Positions 35,606-49,655 of a DNA stretch of 64,000 nucleotides are shown here, piece by piece (the first letter of the stretch is position 1; every line of letters begins with the position of its first letter). Under the pieces are notes generated by a model, which worked only from the letters and a program-made list of their open reading frames with translations, ran no database searches and was not told where the DNA came from. The DNA is taken from assembly GCA_013265495.1 (NCBI GenBank), contig MU058213.1:186001-250000 (forward strand), in the 5' to 3' direction. The position numbers and the translations under genes are program-made. This stretch comes from Vicugna vicugna (taxonomy: Eukaryota).

Positions 35606-36268
35606 GAAACAATTATGTTTTGAGAAGCTGATACACAAATGAATTTTATTTGAGCCTGTCACTTCCTTCACTGCCACTCTTCACGATGACCATTAACATG
35701 TAACCTCGGAGTTATAAAGCAAGGAGAGTAAGAATTAAAGGACGTGGCAGACCAGGAAAGGCTAGTAAGAGAGTGAAGAAGGTCTGAAGTAATGATGTGG
35801 AGAATAAGGAAGAGCTACCCGGAGGAAGGGGAGAACTGGCAGGCACCAGGAACGAAGGGCCACGCCATGGTCACTCATACCTGACATACATCGATGCTCT
35901 TGAGAATAACTGTGTCCTGACACACCTGGGAGAGGAATCCCTGTGAGACTGGCTCTCTAAGACTCTAATTCAGAACGTCTAAGGTTAAGGAAGACAACGT
36001 GCTCACCCTTGTGAAGGATGTTTAAATCCTGTTTTTTTATGCTGGTCAACACAGCTGGTTTTTGAAGCCTTAAATTTCTGGGTCTTTAGACAACATTATA
36101 GTACATAAGAAATCCTAACCCGTGGCAGAAAACATCATCAAAAACAAACAAATAAAAACGCATTCACCAAATTCACAAACAACAACAATCAGGAAATTAG
36201 TCAGTAGCTGTTTAAAAAGGAGTGGACACACAGAAGGTTTAAAAAAAAAAAAAAACTTAAATTCTCAC

Positions 36269-36399
36269 CAGGCCATTGAGCAGGAGAGGAATTTGGTGTT
36301 GCGTGTTCTTCAATGCTTTCTGTCCTCAGTCTTCGACGATCACTTAAAAGAAGTCCTTGATAAGCCATTCCTGTAAACTGGTTTCCTTCTGTTTGACTG
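36269..36399 (-). CDS. DMXL2: DMXL2 exon ((S)SQTEGNQFTGMAYQGLLLSDRRRLRTESIEEH...QWP); NAGNAG acceptor (start 36399 or 36396)
   Basis: ttttag|cag|TCAA ... CCTG|gtgaga; 131 or 128 nt, phase 2-1. Confidence 0.95.
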
Positions 36400-37957
36400 C
36401 TAAAACAATTAAGGTTCAGTTATGTATCATCCCCACAGAGGTAATAAGCAGTCGTACTTTCTACGCGTTCATTTTATTTATTTTAGATGACTGTAGTGAA
36501 AACAAAATGCTTAAAACTGAATTCACTATCCTAATAAAAAGTTATTTCAGAAAGTTCTTTAATAAATTAGTTATAAATATTTATTGATAGTTTTTTAAAA
36601 CAAAATACCAGATTTTCTCCTTGGGCATGACACTGAGTCTCTGAAGTCTTTTCCAGATGCTGTAATACTTGAAAATCTTGTCTATATTCACTTATTATTA
36701 TTTAAAAAAAAAAAGTCTGCCATAAGGAGACTTCTCCCAGTACTAGGATATATCAGACAGAAAATTTCAGGGTATTATTTTGTGGCATTTCTTAGTTGTG
36801 CAAAGTTGTGCAAGCTTAACATGGGATTAAAATATGAACTAAAAATCCGGAAAATCCGATTTTAGAAATACCTAATCCTAAAGCCAAAATGTGCCTAAAT
36901 ATTTACTTTCCTTATCTTTATGGAGTGAGGGAAATACAAAAGCAGAAAGTACAGCTGACTCCCTGAAGAGTTCATCACAGCCAAAGACCCAGAAAATAAA
37001 CATTTAAACAAAATTCATTTGGATTCTCATTTGGCACCATTTTAACCAGTGACTGATATCAAACAAGTTGTCTTTGATCATTAAGATGACCACAGTCAAC
37101 TAAATAAGCTCTTTTTTTTTCCTAATCTACATTTCCAAGTTTTTGGAGTTACTTACACACATGACCTTACTAGGCTAATGTCAGAGTACAGGCCACTTTG
37201 AGAGAGTAATTCCTTATTCAATAATAAATCTTCCCACAAGAGGTTGCTGAATTTATAAGAAAATCTAGACGTATGTTTAATATAAATTTAATGTGATTCT
37301 ATTTATATTACAAACTTTTCATTTACTAATATAATTCATTTAAATCTAGGTCACCTCTCTGATTCAATTTCTTACTACTTAAACTGCCCTAGTCATTAAA
37401 ATGCAAAGTATACATTAATGAAGGTGATTAGACATTTACAAAAATTCAAAACATTACTTCCAACTGGTATCACTTCTTGAGACTTTTACATTACACAGAA
37501 ATGGGTAAGTAAACCTGATTTTAATAATTCAATATTAGGAATGTACTTTGTCATTTTTCAAAAGTTTTTCCTCTTTCAAACTGAAAACCAAACAGAATCT
37601 GATGCTAAAAGGAATAGTTCCTAAGAGGGAAGAAAAATTAGAAAGCTTCACTGTTATAAATTATTTTGGATAGTGAACACCTCTTTTCTTAAAAAACAAA
37701 AAACATGGGGATGATCATTTTTCTTTATGATTGTCATTTCTATATGTCTCTGTTGTTACTAGGTGATAGCTTAACTAAACAAAGAATTATTTTATTTCTC
37801 ATTCTCATCTATTAAAGTATACATGGCAGTCGTATTTCAGGACTTTTCAGTCCCTAGGAAACAGAACCTTAAAATAACTCTGGAACAGTTTAATGTTTTT
37901 GCTGTATAAATACTATTTTGGGTGATTTCTTTCTTTTTTTTTTTTTTTTTTTTTTAC

Positions 37958-38034
37958 CTGTAGCTGTGACTGTCACATAATGCTTGGTAAATTGACGCAG
38001 AAAGAGATGCTGCAAGTGAATGAAGTGTGTGCAC
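37958..38034 (-). CDS. DMXL2: DMXL2 exon (VHTLHSLAASLSASIYQALCDSHSY)
   Basis: ttttag|GTG ... AG|gtaaaa; 77 nt, phase 0-2. Confidence 0.95.
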
Positions 38035-39501
38035 CTAAAACCAAAACAGCCACAATTATATTGTGTACTAATATTCCTACATAACAGTAATATCTTAAAA
38101 ATTGGAAAATACTCAGAAAACTAGTAATACCATAAATAAGACTAGATCCTCTGTGAGACTAACGCTGCCTTAAAACTTCTAAAATAACACTCACTCAATT
38201 TAATATGCATGCCCACAACAAAGCTAACTGATTCACACATATCTTTACCAAATATTTATTATTGTGAGCCGGCCATTCAGCAGGCCCTGAGCAAAGTGCC
38301 AGCATTCACAGTGCGGGGACTGTCCTGGCCTGCTAATGGTTAGCTTAAATATGAATACTCAAAAAAATCAGAACCAAAATAAGCACAGAATTTTCAGAGC
38401 TTTTATTAAACTCTTATGAAATTCCTCCTGATGAAAATAAAGACTTGCTCTTATCAATACGAATGAATTAAATATTTAGAAAATGTATCGATCACTGTGT
38501 AAAATGGTTAATTTTCCAGAAAGCAAATGATCTACTTAGTACTTAGAAGTAGCGTGGTCTTAGAATTTTAAATTCAGGAAGTTTAAAAATTATCACTATA
38601 ATATAAAAATCATCCTAAAATGCCATACTGAATCAACATTTTGAGACTCATAAACTTTTAAAATGTGAAGGGATCTTAGAAATAGTTTCATACTTTTTGA
38701 AAGCTTGTCCAAATTGCTGGGATGACTTTTAAATTACTTACAGCTTACATGCATTTAGTGCATTTTCTGCATTTCCATATCCACCTATCAAATAATTCAA
38801 GTAATCTCTGCTAAAATACTGACACAGGTTCATTCATGCTATGCTCTAATAGACTGATGTGACCAGTAAATCTTGGGTCCTTCAGAAGAATGTACTACCA
38901 GAAATCGAATGTGCCTTTCAAGCCAAAGAAAGAAAAAAATAAAACTGTTGGGGATCTGAAATGACATCAGCCACTGGAATTAGAAAAAGCATAGCACAGA
39001 TACATGTAGGGAAGTCTGATCAACTCTCCAGATCCCGCCACACTCCCTAGCGATCCTTAGAATCTACCCACTGTTTCCAGCATAGGATATAGTTTTGTTG
39101 TTGTTTTGTCTGGGGCCAAATTGTTTTAATTGAAGTACGGTCAGTTACAATCTGTCAGTTTCTGGTGTACAGCACAATGTCCGAATCAGGATATAGTTTT
39201 AATGTGGGGCAGTAACTCTGCCAAAACTCTAATGGCCCCAAACCGACTGCACAGCCTGCAACAAAACACAATCATCGGGGAAACAGTAACGAGGGTACTT
39301 TCTCCGGAGCTATTTTTGATCAATCACGGCTCTCTCAAAGATAAGCCCCAAACATATTTTCACAGTATCTTGCCATATAAGCAAATAGTTATAAATACTT
39401 CTACTTAATGATTCATTTAAGTGGAATGGAGAATCCAGAGGAATATTTGGCTTTAGAATACTGTCTAAAAAGTTAATTTCATTACCAAAAACAGTATTTG
39501 C

Positions 39502-40838
39502 ACTTTTCAGCAAATGGTGTTGGGAAAACTAGACAGCAGCATGTAAATCAACGGAGCTAGAACACTCCCTTACACCATACACAAAAATAAACTCAAAATG
39601 GATTAAAGACTTAAACATAAGACAAGATACAATAAACCTCCTAGAAGAAAATATAGGCAAAACATTATCTGACATGCATCTCAAAAATGTTCTCCTAGGA
39701 CAGTCTCCTCAAGCAATAGAAATAAAAGCAAGAATAAACAAATGGGACCTAATGAAACTTACAAGCTTCTGCACAGCAAAGGAAACCATAAGTAAAACAA
39801 AAAGACAACCTACGGAATGGGAGAAAATTTTTGCAAATGAAACCAACAAAGGCTTGATCACCAGAATATATAAGCAGCTCATACGGCTTAATAAGAAAAA
39901 AATACAAACAACCCAACCCAAAAATGGGCAGAAGACCTAAACAAGCAATTCTCCAAGGAAAAAATACAAATGATCAATAGGCACATGAAAAAATGTTCAA
40001 TATCACTAATTATCAGAAAATGCAAATCAAAACGACAATGAGGTATCACCTCACACCAGTCAGAATGGCCATCATTCAAAAATCCACAAATGACAAATGC
40101 TGGAGAGGCTGTGAAGAAAAGGGAACCCTCTTACACTGCTGGTGGGAATGCAGTTTGATACAGCCACTGTGGAAAACAGTATGGAGACTCCTCAAAAGAC
40201 TAGGAACAGACTTACCACATGACCCAGGAATTCCACTCCTGGGCATATATCCAGAAGGAACCCTACTTCAGAATGACACCTGCACCCCAATGTTCATAGC
40301 AGCACTATTTACAGTAGTGCTGACATGGAAACAGCTTAAATGTCCATCAACAGACAACTGGATAAAGAAGCTGTGGTATATTTATATAATGGAATACTAC
40401 TCAGCCATAAAAACCGACAACATAACGCCATTTGCAGCAACATGGATGTTCCTGGAGAATGTCATTCTAAGTGAAGTAAGCCAGAAAGAGAAAGAAAAAT
40501 ACCATATGAGATCACTCATATGTGGAATCTAAAAAAAAAAACATAAATAGAAAACAGAAACAGACACAGACTGATAGACATAAAACACAAACTTGCAGTT
40601 GCCAAGGGGGCAGGGGATGCGAAGGGATAGACTGGGATTTCAAAACGTAGAATAGATAAACAAGATTATACTGTATAGCACAGGGAAATATATACAAGAT
40701 CTTATGGTAGCTCACAGTGAAAAAAAAGTGACAATGAATATATATATGTTCATGTATAACTGAAAAATTGTGCTCTACACTGGAATTTGACACAACATTG
40801 TAAAATTATTATAAATCAACAAAAAATGTTAAAAAAAA
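39502..40838 (+). mobile_element. Young 5'-truncated LINE-1 (ORF2 C-terminus, 3'UTR, A-tail)
   Basis: ORF 39993..40532 ([11 protein letters not shown]...CWRGC...HCWWEC...) is the ORF2 C-terminal Cys-rich domain; TSD agtatttgc at 39493-39501 and 40839-40847. Confidence 0.93.
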
Positions 40839-40899
40839 AGTATTTGCCAACCTTAAAGGAAGACAATAACTTTTCCAGAAGTAAGAAAAATGCTTATTT

Positions 40900-41325
40900 T
40901 TATTTTTTCTTTTTTAATTGAAGTATTGTTGATTTACATTATGTTAGTTTCAGGTGTACAGCATAGTGATTCAGTATTTTTATAGATTATATTCCCTTGA
41001 AAGTTATTACAAAATAGTGGCTATATTTCCCTGTGCTATAAAATGTATCCTTATTGCTTATCTATTTTATACTTTGTAGTTTGCATCTCTTAATTCCATA
41101 CCCTGATCTTACCCCTCCTCCCTTTCCTCTTTCATCCCACTGGTAAACCACTAGTTTGTTCTCTGCATCTGTGAGTCTGTTTCTGTTTTGTTACACACAT
41201 TAGTTTTGTTTTTAAGATTCCACATATAAGTAATAACATAAAGCATTTATCTTTCTGTCTGACTTACTTCACTAAGCATAATACTCCCTAGGTCCATCCA
41301 CATTGTCGTAAATGACAGAATCTCA
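40900..41325 (-). mobile_element. L1 3' end (older artiodactyl-type subfamily)
   Basis: ttgaagtattgttgatttac...gtttcaggtgtacagcatagtgattcag...agattccacatataagt. Confidence 0.85.
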
Positions 41326-41502
41326 AGAATGATTACTTTCAAATTACAGTCACTGGACAAGTGGTCTTGAACTGATCAGACTGAGAAGGTAGCAAATAAG
41401 AGTACTTTAAAATGTTTCTTCTAAGTTCAACGTGGAAGACAAGCAGAACGTATTTACCTTCTCAGTGTCTACAATACCAAATGACCACACACTGCACGTT
41501 AC

Positions 41503-41694
41503 CTTCACATCTTCAGTACTGGGATGAGGTGGTGTTTTCATCTGAACAATGGTATAAAGTATATCATGGATGTGGTTATTTAGGTACAACACAGGATTAG
41601 CTATGACTGTTTTCGTGGCAGCAATACTTGCTGAAAGCAGAGGCAGGGTGGTAGGCAGGGGCAGCGGAGACTGGAGCTGCTTCACTGTCGTTTC
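41503..41694 (-). CDS. DMXL2: DMXL2 exon (ETTVKQLQSPLPLPTTLPLLSASIA...PSTEDVK)
   Basis: tcacag|GAA ... AAG|gtaacg; 192 nt, phase 0-0. Confidence 0.96.
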
Positions 41695-42092
41695 CTGTGA
41701 GTGACAGATTGTTTTTTTCAAAGCAGTTAAAATGAAGGACAAAAAAAGCAATGAACAGTTACATGATTAAAATACTGGCAGTAAACATCTGAATAAAAGC
41801 AGTATGTTGATGTTCTTGTTCATTCATCCTACAAACATTCTCTGTGCACCAGGTACTATGCTGGTTGCAGATGTCAAGATGTGCTTGACAGCTGCACTCA
41901 GGCTTTTGGGCTCCTCCTAATTACCCGAATTTCGATCTAAAAAGACCCAAGCAGAGTGTAAATATGGCCTCCTATGAACAGAGGAGCTGACCATATTAAG
42001 ACTAACTAGTAAAAAGAGCTTAATAGCTATAAATGATGAAAGAGTTACTGTAATAAAATAACCAAGACTGTAAACAAAAGTGAAGTTCATAC

Positions 42093-43174
42093 CTGCTGTG
42101 ATTCTTGTAGCAAAAACTTGAGTTCCATCCTTACTGAGGCCAGGCCACCGCCCTGGGCCCCATGAAGGCTGCAGTAACTAAGGAACACCCGCAAGAGATC
42201 TTGGTTCTTCTGCAACCACAACTTCCGTCTTTCTGCATGCTCTCGTTTAGCCTGCAGTCTCCGTCTTTCTATCTGGTGCCGTTCGTAGGAACCGATATCT
42301 GGTTTGTCCACTATCTCTTGCTGACCCAGGAGATCACTTTCGACTTTGGAATACGCTTTACTGGCATATTCTTTAATAACTGACTCATGATTACAAATCT
42401 CATGCAAGGCAGCAATTTCCTTTTCAAGCCAGTTATAGAGTTGAAATCTGAGCTTCCCTCCATCTACTTCATAACCTGTAGCCAGTGTTCTTAGCTCAGT
42501 CATAAGGATCTTCAAACAAGCTCTGAATTTTAGCTGTTCAGCAATCACATCAACTTCAGCATCCCCTTCAAGACAATCCTCCTCCTGAGGAGTTGGTAAC
42601 ACATCAGGGTCTGAGGCTTTCAGACCTTCTGGTCTGCCTTTCTCCCTGGCATCCATACTTTTCATTACTAAACCAGCAGCATCTTCGTCTTCTTCTTCTA
42701 AGGCACTATCATGCTCTTCACCCCAGTCAAGACGAAGAGGTTCCTCATCAACTTTTACTACCGGCTGACTCCAGTCAAACTGTGATGAGGTTACATCTGA
42801 CCAATCAATGCCAGAACTCGTATCGCCATCTCTCAGAGGTTTTGATTCTGAAGGTATGTCACCCGTCTTTTTAGAAACGAAGTCAGGCTGATCATTTTTT
42901 GAAGGTAAGGCAGATACTTTGGTAACTTTGGGAATTTTGGAGAGTACTTCCAAGGCTAAAACAGGGCATCCAACTTTAAAATGAGCATTTGCTGTGGTAA
43001 AGAATAATTTTCTTTCTATGAGGTTAATTTTATCCACAAAGTTCTTCTCCGTTTTGAGGCCTAAGGTTGCCAAAGTTCCTTCAGGGGAAGCAAGGTTTCT
43101 CCGAATAAGCAAAGGATGAGTTCGAAGGTAGTTGTAGAAACTAAACACCACTGGGTTACAAGATTTGAAGGTAA
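42093..43174 (-). CDS. DMXL2: DMXL2 large exon (VTFKSCNPVVFSFYNYLRTHP...FLLQESQQ)
   Basis: tctgtag|TT ... CAG|gtatga; 1082 nt, phase 1-0; lies in ORF 42087..43262. Confidence 0.97.
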
Positions 43175-43289
43175 CTACAGAAATCAAACAGATACAACCA
43201 CAAGGTATTATTAATTTGTACTTATAAATTAATTTGTACAAAAGAATAAAGTGCGTTGGCATTTCCTCAAAATAAAGGATACTTAAATA

Positions 43290-44940
43290 TTAACCCAGGA
43301 CTAGTTAAACTGTGTACATCCATGTAATACATCTGAAATAAAAAGAATTTCCCTCTATTATGCTATGGAGTAATATCCAGAATATATAAAGTAAGATAAA
43401 ATGCAGAAAAGTATATATAGTAAACTACCTTTCATCTAAGAAAGTGAAGAGGGAATACACACACACACACACACACACACATTCTCTCTCTCACTCTCTC
43501 GTATTTTTTAAATGGAAGGAGAACACACAATTTTTTTTAATTGGTTCCCTAAAAAGGGGGGAAAATAGGGTAGAGAGATCAGAAAAGAGGCTAGATTTCT
43601 CTGAAAATACCTTGATTTTATGTATATTTCAAAACGATGTCAACATTTTGTATCATTTTAAAAGAAAGTTAATTTTTAAAAATTCACAGAAAAGCAAAAG
43701 CAAAATTAAACAAATAATTCTTTGTATCAAATTGGTAGGAAAACCACACAGGGGAACTATGAAGTGACTTTAAAATAAGTAATTTGACTGAATATCAGTC
43801 AAAAAAAGGTTAAACTGTTCTCAGTAACCATGTTATGAAAAATATCTGCATCATTATTCTGAAACAATTATATATACAAAAAATAGCACAGAATTATGTT
43901 AATGTCACAGGAATCCAAGCTTTTCATTATAAAACATAAATTTGAAATTTCAGGAGAAAGAGCCCTACACTCCGTATTTGAATTAGAAATTTCAATGTCA
44001 AAACATGTATCTCGGGGGATTAAAAAAAAATATCCTAGCTCCATTCACTGAAACAGCCTAGAAATGATGACCAAACCTGTAGCAATGAGGATCCCTGTGC
44101 CCAGGCTGTGGTCTCTAAAGAAATTATCAAAGAATAATGTCAAGAACATTCAAGAACTTGAAGAGGCTCCCACTGGTTAAAGAGGAGATAATCTGAGCAT
44201 CCATAATAATAAACTGCAATGGATTAGAACATAAATCCATCTGAATCTGTGAATTCAAGACAATCTTGAAAAAAATAAAAGTTAGTTGGTCACCTTTGTA
44301 GGACGCTAGGAAACCTAGCTATTATTTTGAAAACTGGTAAATAAAGAGGAAGAATCAAACATGTGTATTCCCTTTACTACACATACTACTAGGATTCCGA
44401 GTAACAGAACAACAGGGACACAATCAGCAAAATCCAAAATTCAAGAAACTACAGGACATTCTGATTTCTTTAACAAATGAATTGGGGTGGTGGGGTTGGT
44501 AGGTAAACTAAACATGGATCAAAATAGACATATTACAATATATTTGTATTGTATCATTTGGATCTTGATTCAAACAATTCAACTGTATACGATTTTATGA
44601 GACAACCAGGGAAATCTGAACACTGAGTATTTGATTATTAATAAAATTTTGGAAAAAAATTTGCTGTGTATTGTAACAATGGTATGCATTATGTTTTTAA
44701 AACAGTCCTTATTTTTTAGAGATACATGTTGCAATATTTACAGATGAAATGATGTGCTGGGTTTGCTTCAAAATAAATCCATACAGGATTGAGAATGGGA
44801 GGGGGCGGAAAGGATGGGAATATATACGACACAAGGCTGGTTATGAGTTGATAACTATTGAAACTGGATGACAGACCCACAGACTTTCATTATACTATTC
44901 ACTCTTCTATGAAATTTCCCCAATAGCAAGCTTTTAAAAG
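43290..44940 (+). mobile_element. Ancient L1MC-type 3' fragments, with a (CA)n at ~43457-43481
   Basis: agtaaactacctttcatctaag...cccaggctgtggtctctaaa...cttattttttagagatacat...gggtttgcttcaaaataa...cattatactattc. Confidence 0.65.
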
Positions 44941-45085
44941 TTACCCTGGAAAACATTAAGAAATAGAGCAAATCTTCCTTCTACAAAAACATACACATTT
45001 TATCAGAATTACCTGGGTACCTCAGATACCTATTTTTCTTCTAAAGGTTTTATTTTTTTTCCTTAAAAAAATATAAAAATATTTA

Positions 45086-45956
45086 CAGCAGTCCCTCCTT
45101 ATCTGCAGTTTCACCTTCTGTGGTTTCAGTTACCTGAGGTCTACTGAGGTCCGGAAGTATTAAACGGAGAATTTCAGAAATAAACAATCCATAAGTTTTA
45201 AATTCCAATTTAAAAATAAAAATGAATGAATGAATAAATGAATGAATACATAAACAAATATAAATAAGAATTCTAAAAATTAACAGTGAGTGGTTCTGAA
45301 TAGCATGATGAAATCCTACACTATCCTGCTCCATCCTGTCTGGGATGGGAATCATCCTCTGTCCAGAGGCATCCCACGCACTGTCACAGTACTGCAGTGC
45401 TTGTGTTCAAGTCAGCCTTATTTTACTTAATAATGGTCCTCACATCTAAGAATAGTGATGCTGGAAGCTCTGCCAAAGAGGAGCCATAAAGGACTTCCTT
45501 TAAGTGAAAAGCTGAAAATTCTCAATAAGAAAAAAATGCGTAAGCTAAGACCTATGGTCAGAACGGATCTCCTATTCATGAAATTATGAAGAAGGAAAAA
45601 GAAATTGATGTTAGTTTTGCTATCACACCTCAAACTGCAAAAGTTATGGACACAGTGCTTGGTAACTGCTTAGTTAAGATGGAAAAGGCATTAAATTGCT
45701 ACCATAAGCTCCTGAGTGAAAGAGACCACAGTCACATATCTTTTATTATAATACATTGTTATAAATGTTCTATTTTATTTTATTATTAGTCATTGTTGCT
45801 AATCTTTTACTGTGCCTAATTCACAAATTAAACTTTATCACTGGTGTATGTGTATATGAAAAAACATAGTATATATAGGGTTTGGTACTATCCATGGCTC
45901 CAGTCATCCACTAGGGGTCTTGGAACATAATCCCTGTGGATAAGGGGGGACTTCTG
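45086..45956 (+). mobile_element. Tigger7/MER44-type Tc1-mariner (pogo-like) DNA transposon
   Basis: TIRs cagcagtccctccttatc / gataaggggggacttctg flanked by TA; ORF 45586..45789 resembles a CENP-B-like transposase N-terminus. Confidence 0.88.
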
Positions 45957-46979
45957 TATTAAAATATTGTATTTCTTCTTTGTAAAGAAGAAAATAAAAA
46001 TTGAGCCCCTTTATTCATGTAAGCTCTTTTAGCATTTAAAAGTAAGATATAATAAAAATATAAGGCTAGAAAATTATAACTACAGAAAGTACAAAATGAA
46101 AAGTGAAAGCTTTTATATCCCCACTCCTATTCCCAAAACATAAACAGTGCCAGTATTTGCTTTCCTGTGATTTGTTCCAGAAAGCAACAGAGGGAGCAGG
46201 AGGCCAGACACAGTATGTGTGCACACACATGTAGATCTGTGCCACACGTATACACAAAACGCAACAGGAATCATTACTGTTCTGTATCTTACTTTTTCCA
46301 CGTAATAATACACCACATATTGACACATCAACCTACCTCACTTTTCAATGGCAAACTGTTTCTATAGTATGGATGTATTATTATTTATTTAACTATTTTA
46401 TTGATGAATACTTAGAATGTACCATATTTTAAATTACTACAAACAATGCTGATAGATAACCTCCAAATTATTTTTAAAATCTAAATTATCTGGTATAACT
46501 AAGAGTAGAGAAAGTTTGCCACACAAGAATAAAGTTTTTGCAGGAACGTATGCTAAACCAATATGTGGAACAGCCAAAATTAATATTTTTTTTAAAAAAA
46601 AACTGGCTATATGATACATGGAAAGAGCTGAATAATGTGGAAACATCCTATATGCTTCAGTTAAACATCTATGACATTAAATAGTATGGTAACTTTATAC
46701 ATCTTGATACACAGCTGTGACAGTAAAAACGTGTGTGAAGCCTTTAGTACTACTCAAAAGTCTGATAACAAAAATGCTAGATTCAATTACAAATAAGAAG
46801 TGACTAAACCTTTGGCCACACAAGAAATTTTGATACTGATTTCTCAAAGTTGAAAAGTGAATCTGGTGGTGACTGGTTTTGCGTGTGTGTGAGTGTGTGT
46901 GTGTGTTATCTAAGTGAACATCAGTTTAGAAACTGACTTCTTTTTAAAAAGATAAAGAGAAACCCACAAAATGTCCTAC

Positions 46980-47244
46980 CTTGATGTTCATCATCCTCCT
47001 TTGGTGTTTGTTCCAACAACGTGTCCAACGCTCGGGTATAATCTTTCATTACCCAGTAGGCAAGACTACGCAGGAAGGGATCAGGATGTAACCGCCTGCA
47101 ATCAAACCCTGAGCCATTCTTTTGGCAACCCAAAATCTTCTGATTGAGGATGGATATATAAGTGGATGAAGTCTCAAAATCAGATTCATATAAACGGGCA
47201 ATAACCATGGCTAGCTGGATATCTTCCATTTTTTCAAGACATAC
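46980..47244 (-). CDS. DMXL2: DMXL2 exon (VCLEKMEDIQLAMVIARLYE...HPDPFLRSLAYW...DEHQ), Rav1p_C region
   Basis: ttgcag|GTA ... CAAG|gtagga; 265 nt, phase 0-1. Confidence 0.96.
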
Positions 47245-48550
47245 CTGCAAGTTTAAATATGAAGAAATATTTATTTAGAAATATGAAATGTCTCACTGAT
47301 ATCCTTAAACTATCTACCATTTATATTCCCACAGTGGAGGGAAGAGGTCCAGAGGTTGAGGCAGTGAAGGGTAATTAAATGACTGCTTGACAGGAGATTG
47401 AGGAATAGCAAGAAGATTAAGGAACTACAACTTCTTAGCTTCCAGCCTAGAAAGATCATTTATAAAATAAGCATAAAACAAAGTCTATCAACACCATCTC
47501 AGACTTAGATCAATTTAAATTAATAACATTCACTTTTTAAAGTAAATACCACTTAGAACATTTGAATTCATCTATCAGTTCCTCTTAATTGCCAGATATA
47601 TTTCCATATAAACATAATTATTACTACTTTAAAAGAATCTTCTATTTACATAACAAATAACTTGAGACATAAAGCCACATACTCTATTTTTACTCTCTGT
47701 GTTTATATTCTCGTGTAACAACTCATCTTGAGAATTTGAGGTCATTCAGGCAATATGAGCATCTCTCAGTCAAGCAACATTTCTATTCTTTGCCTGAGTA
47801 TTTTCTAGGCTAAACTTTCCATTTCAAAATTATAAACATTTGTTATTTTAAAAAAATCACACATCTGATGTGATGTAATTTTGAAAATATCACTAATTCT
47901 AAACATAAAGTAATTTCATTTGGTTGGATGGTTCCTATTTCTTCTATCATGTATCATTTCCAATTCTATTTTCCCTCCACCTATTTGGATTGCTCATTGT
48001 AAGCATCCTAAAAGGAAGATCTCATAAATAAACAGAAATATTTGTAATTATTCTCTTAATTAGCTACCAGAATTATATCAAAAAAATGCAGTTTTACCTC
48101 TTCACATTCGTTTTCCAACATCTAAGACAACTCTACATTACAAAACAGTACAAAATGCAATTTCAGTTCATTATCTGTGATACAAGATATCACACTTGCC
48201 TGCCTACACCAGAATAAAGAGGTCATATATAAATAGTTCAGAATTACAACTTGACCAGGAAGAAAATATTTATAAACCATTTTTGCCATTTTTTCATACA
48301 TTTATACTTGAAATGTATATGCTTATCTTGAAATGCAAAATTCTCTATATAAAATTTTTCATTTACATTTTTCACTTGAATTTATTTACAACTTAATTTA
48401 TCACAGTGCAACTACTTAAGTTCAGTAACCTCTGCAGTTATTCTCCAGTCTTCATCCTTACAAACATATGACAAAAAATTATAACCTCTTCGACCTTTCC
48501 AGGATTTCAAGCTCTTATAAGCATTTCATAGCATGTTTTCTTATTTATAC

Positions 48551-48716
48551 CTCAATGGCATCTTTCAGGGAACCAGCTAACAAGAAAAAAGCAGCAGACT
48601 GTTCAAAGCGTTGTTTCCCAAGTAAAGAGAAGGCATTTTTCAAAGCGGCTTTACGCCATCGATCTTCATTAAAGTTGTGGCTGAAAAATGTTGTCATTTT
48701 CTCATCATGCTGGGAC
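48551..48716 (-). CDS. DMXL2: DMXL2 exon (RSQHDEKMTTFFSHNFNEDRWRKAALKNAF...KDAIE), Rav1p_C region
   Basis: ttcccag|G ... GAG|gtataa; 166 nt, phase 2-0. Confidence 0.97.
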
Positions 48717-49162
48717 CTGGGAACCAGAGCACACACATCAGTGGTTAAACCAAATTTAAAATATTTTGAATCCTTTACAGAATACAGGAAAATAGAAAAT
48801 AAAAACCTCAAACACCCATTAAAAGAACAATAATAACTTTAGTGATAGGTATTGGTTATCAAGCTTCACTTCTCCTAATAAGGAGAAAACACAAAATACC
48901 TTATGTATACAAAGATAGGAAGCAAGAGCATTTTTTACTTTTCAAAGTGCGTTTATCAACTTATTTTCAACAATATCCCACTCTTTAGGTTAAGCTGAAA
49001 CGATATGGTGCCTATTTTTTGACAGATAAAGAAACCAAAGCACAAAAAAGGAAACTGATTTGATCAAGCTCATATTTCTAAACACTTTCAAAAGCATTAC
49101 ATTTCTGAGTCACAGCACAATCTTCACTCCATTAAATCATATTAGGTGCTGAGACAGTTTAC

Positions 49163-49260
49163 CTGAACAGACCCCACACTACGGCTTTCTTCTTCATTGA
49201 AAGGTAGAACAATGCAGCATCCAAGGCATCATTGTTCCTTTGAAAAGCAGCTTTGGCGAC
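49163..49260 (-). CDS. DMXL2: DMXL2 exon (VAKAAFQRNNDALDAALFYLSMKKKAVVWGLFR)
   Basis: ccacgtag|GTC ... AG|gtaaac; 98 nt, phase 0-2. Confidence 0.96.
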
Positions 49261-49439
49261 CTACGTGGTAAATTAAAAATTATATTAAATTAACTATTTG
49301 GTAAGAGAATCACCACAATTAATACTTCCCTGCTACTGCCATGGCTGACGGAAACTATGAAGATGGGGAGAGTTGACCCTACTCCACAGTCTCCAGTAGC
49401 TTATAATACATGCTCTAGAGACAACCCTTTGCATACCAG

Positions 49440-49655
49440 TAATTATAATAAAAATAATAACAGCAACTAGTATTTATTGACTACTTACCACGAACAGGCA
49501 CCAGTCTAAGTACCTTTTATTCATCTTATTGAATCACCACAATCCATGAGGTACCCTTATTAACCCCATTTGAGGCAACTAAGGCACAGAGACGTTAACT
49601 GAATTGCCTAAGGTCCCATAGTAAGGGCTGCAAAAGGGAGTAGAACCCAGGTAGT
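49440..49655 (-). mobile_element. MIR SINE
   Basis: tatttattgactacttacc...ccaggc-like core, ccccatttgaggcaactaaggcacagagacgttaactgaattgcctaaggtc. Confidence 0.75.

Noticed and set aside
39993..40532. 179-aa ORF as a host gene
   Set aside because: It is the ORF2 C-terminus of a 5'-truncated L1 with no promoter
42162..42874. Plus-strand ORFs overlapping large exons (also 48468..48833 and 61725..62204)
   Set aside because: Antisense shadows of DMXL2 coding sequence
45586..45789. Possible domesticated transposase ORF
   Set aside because: Short remnant inside an internally deleted Tigger/MER44 element with no DDE domain
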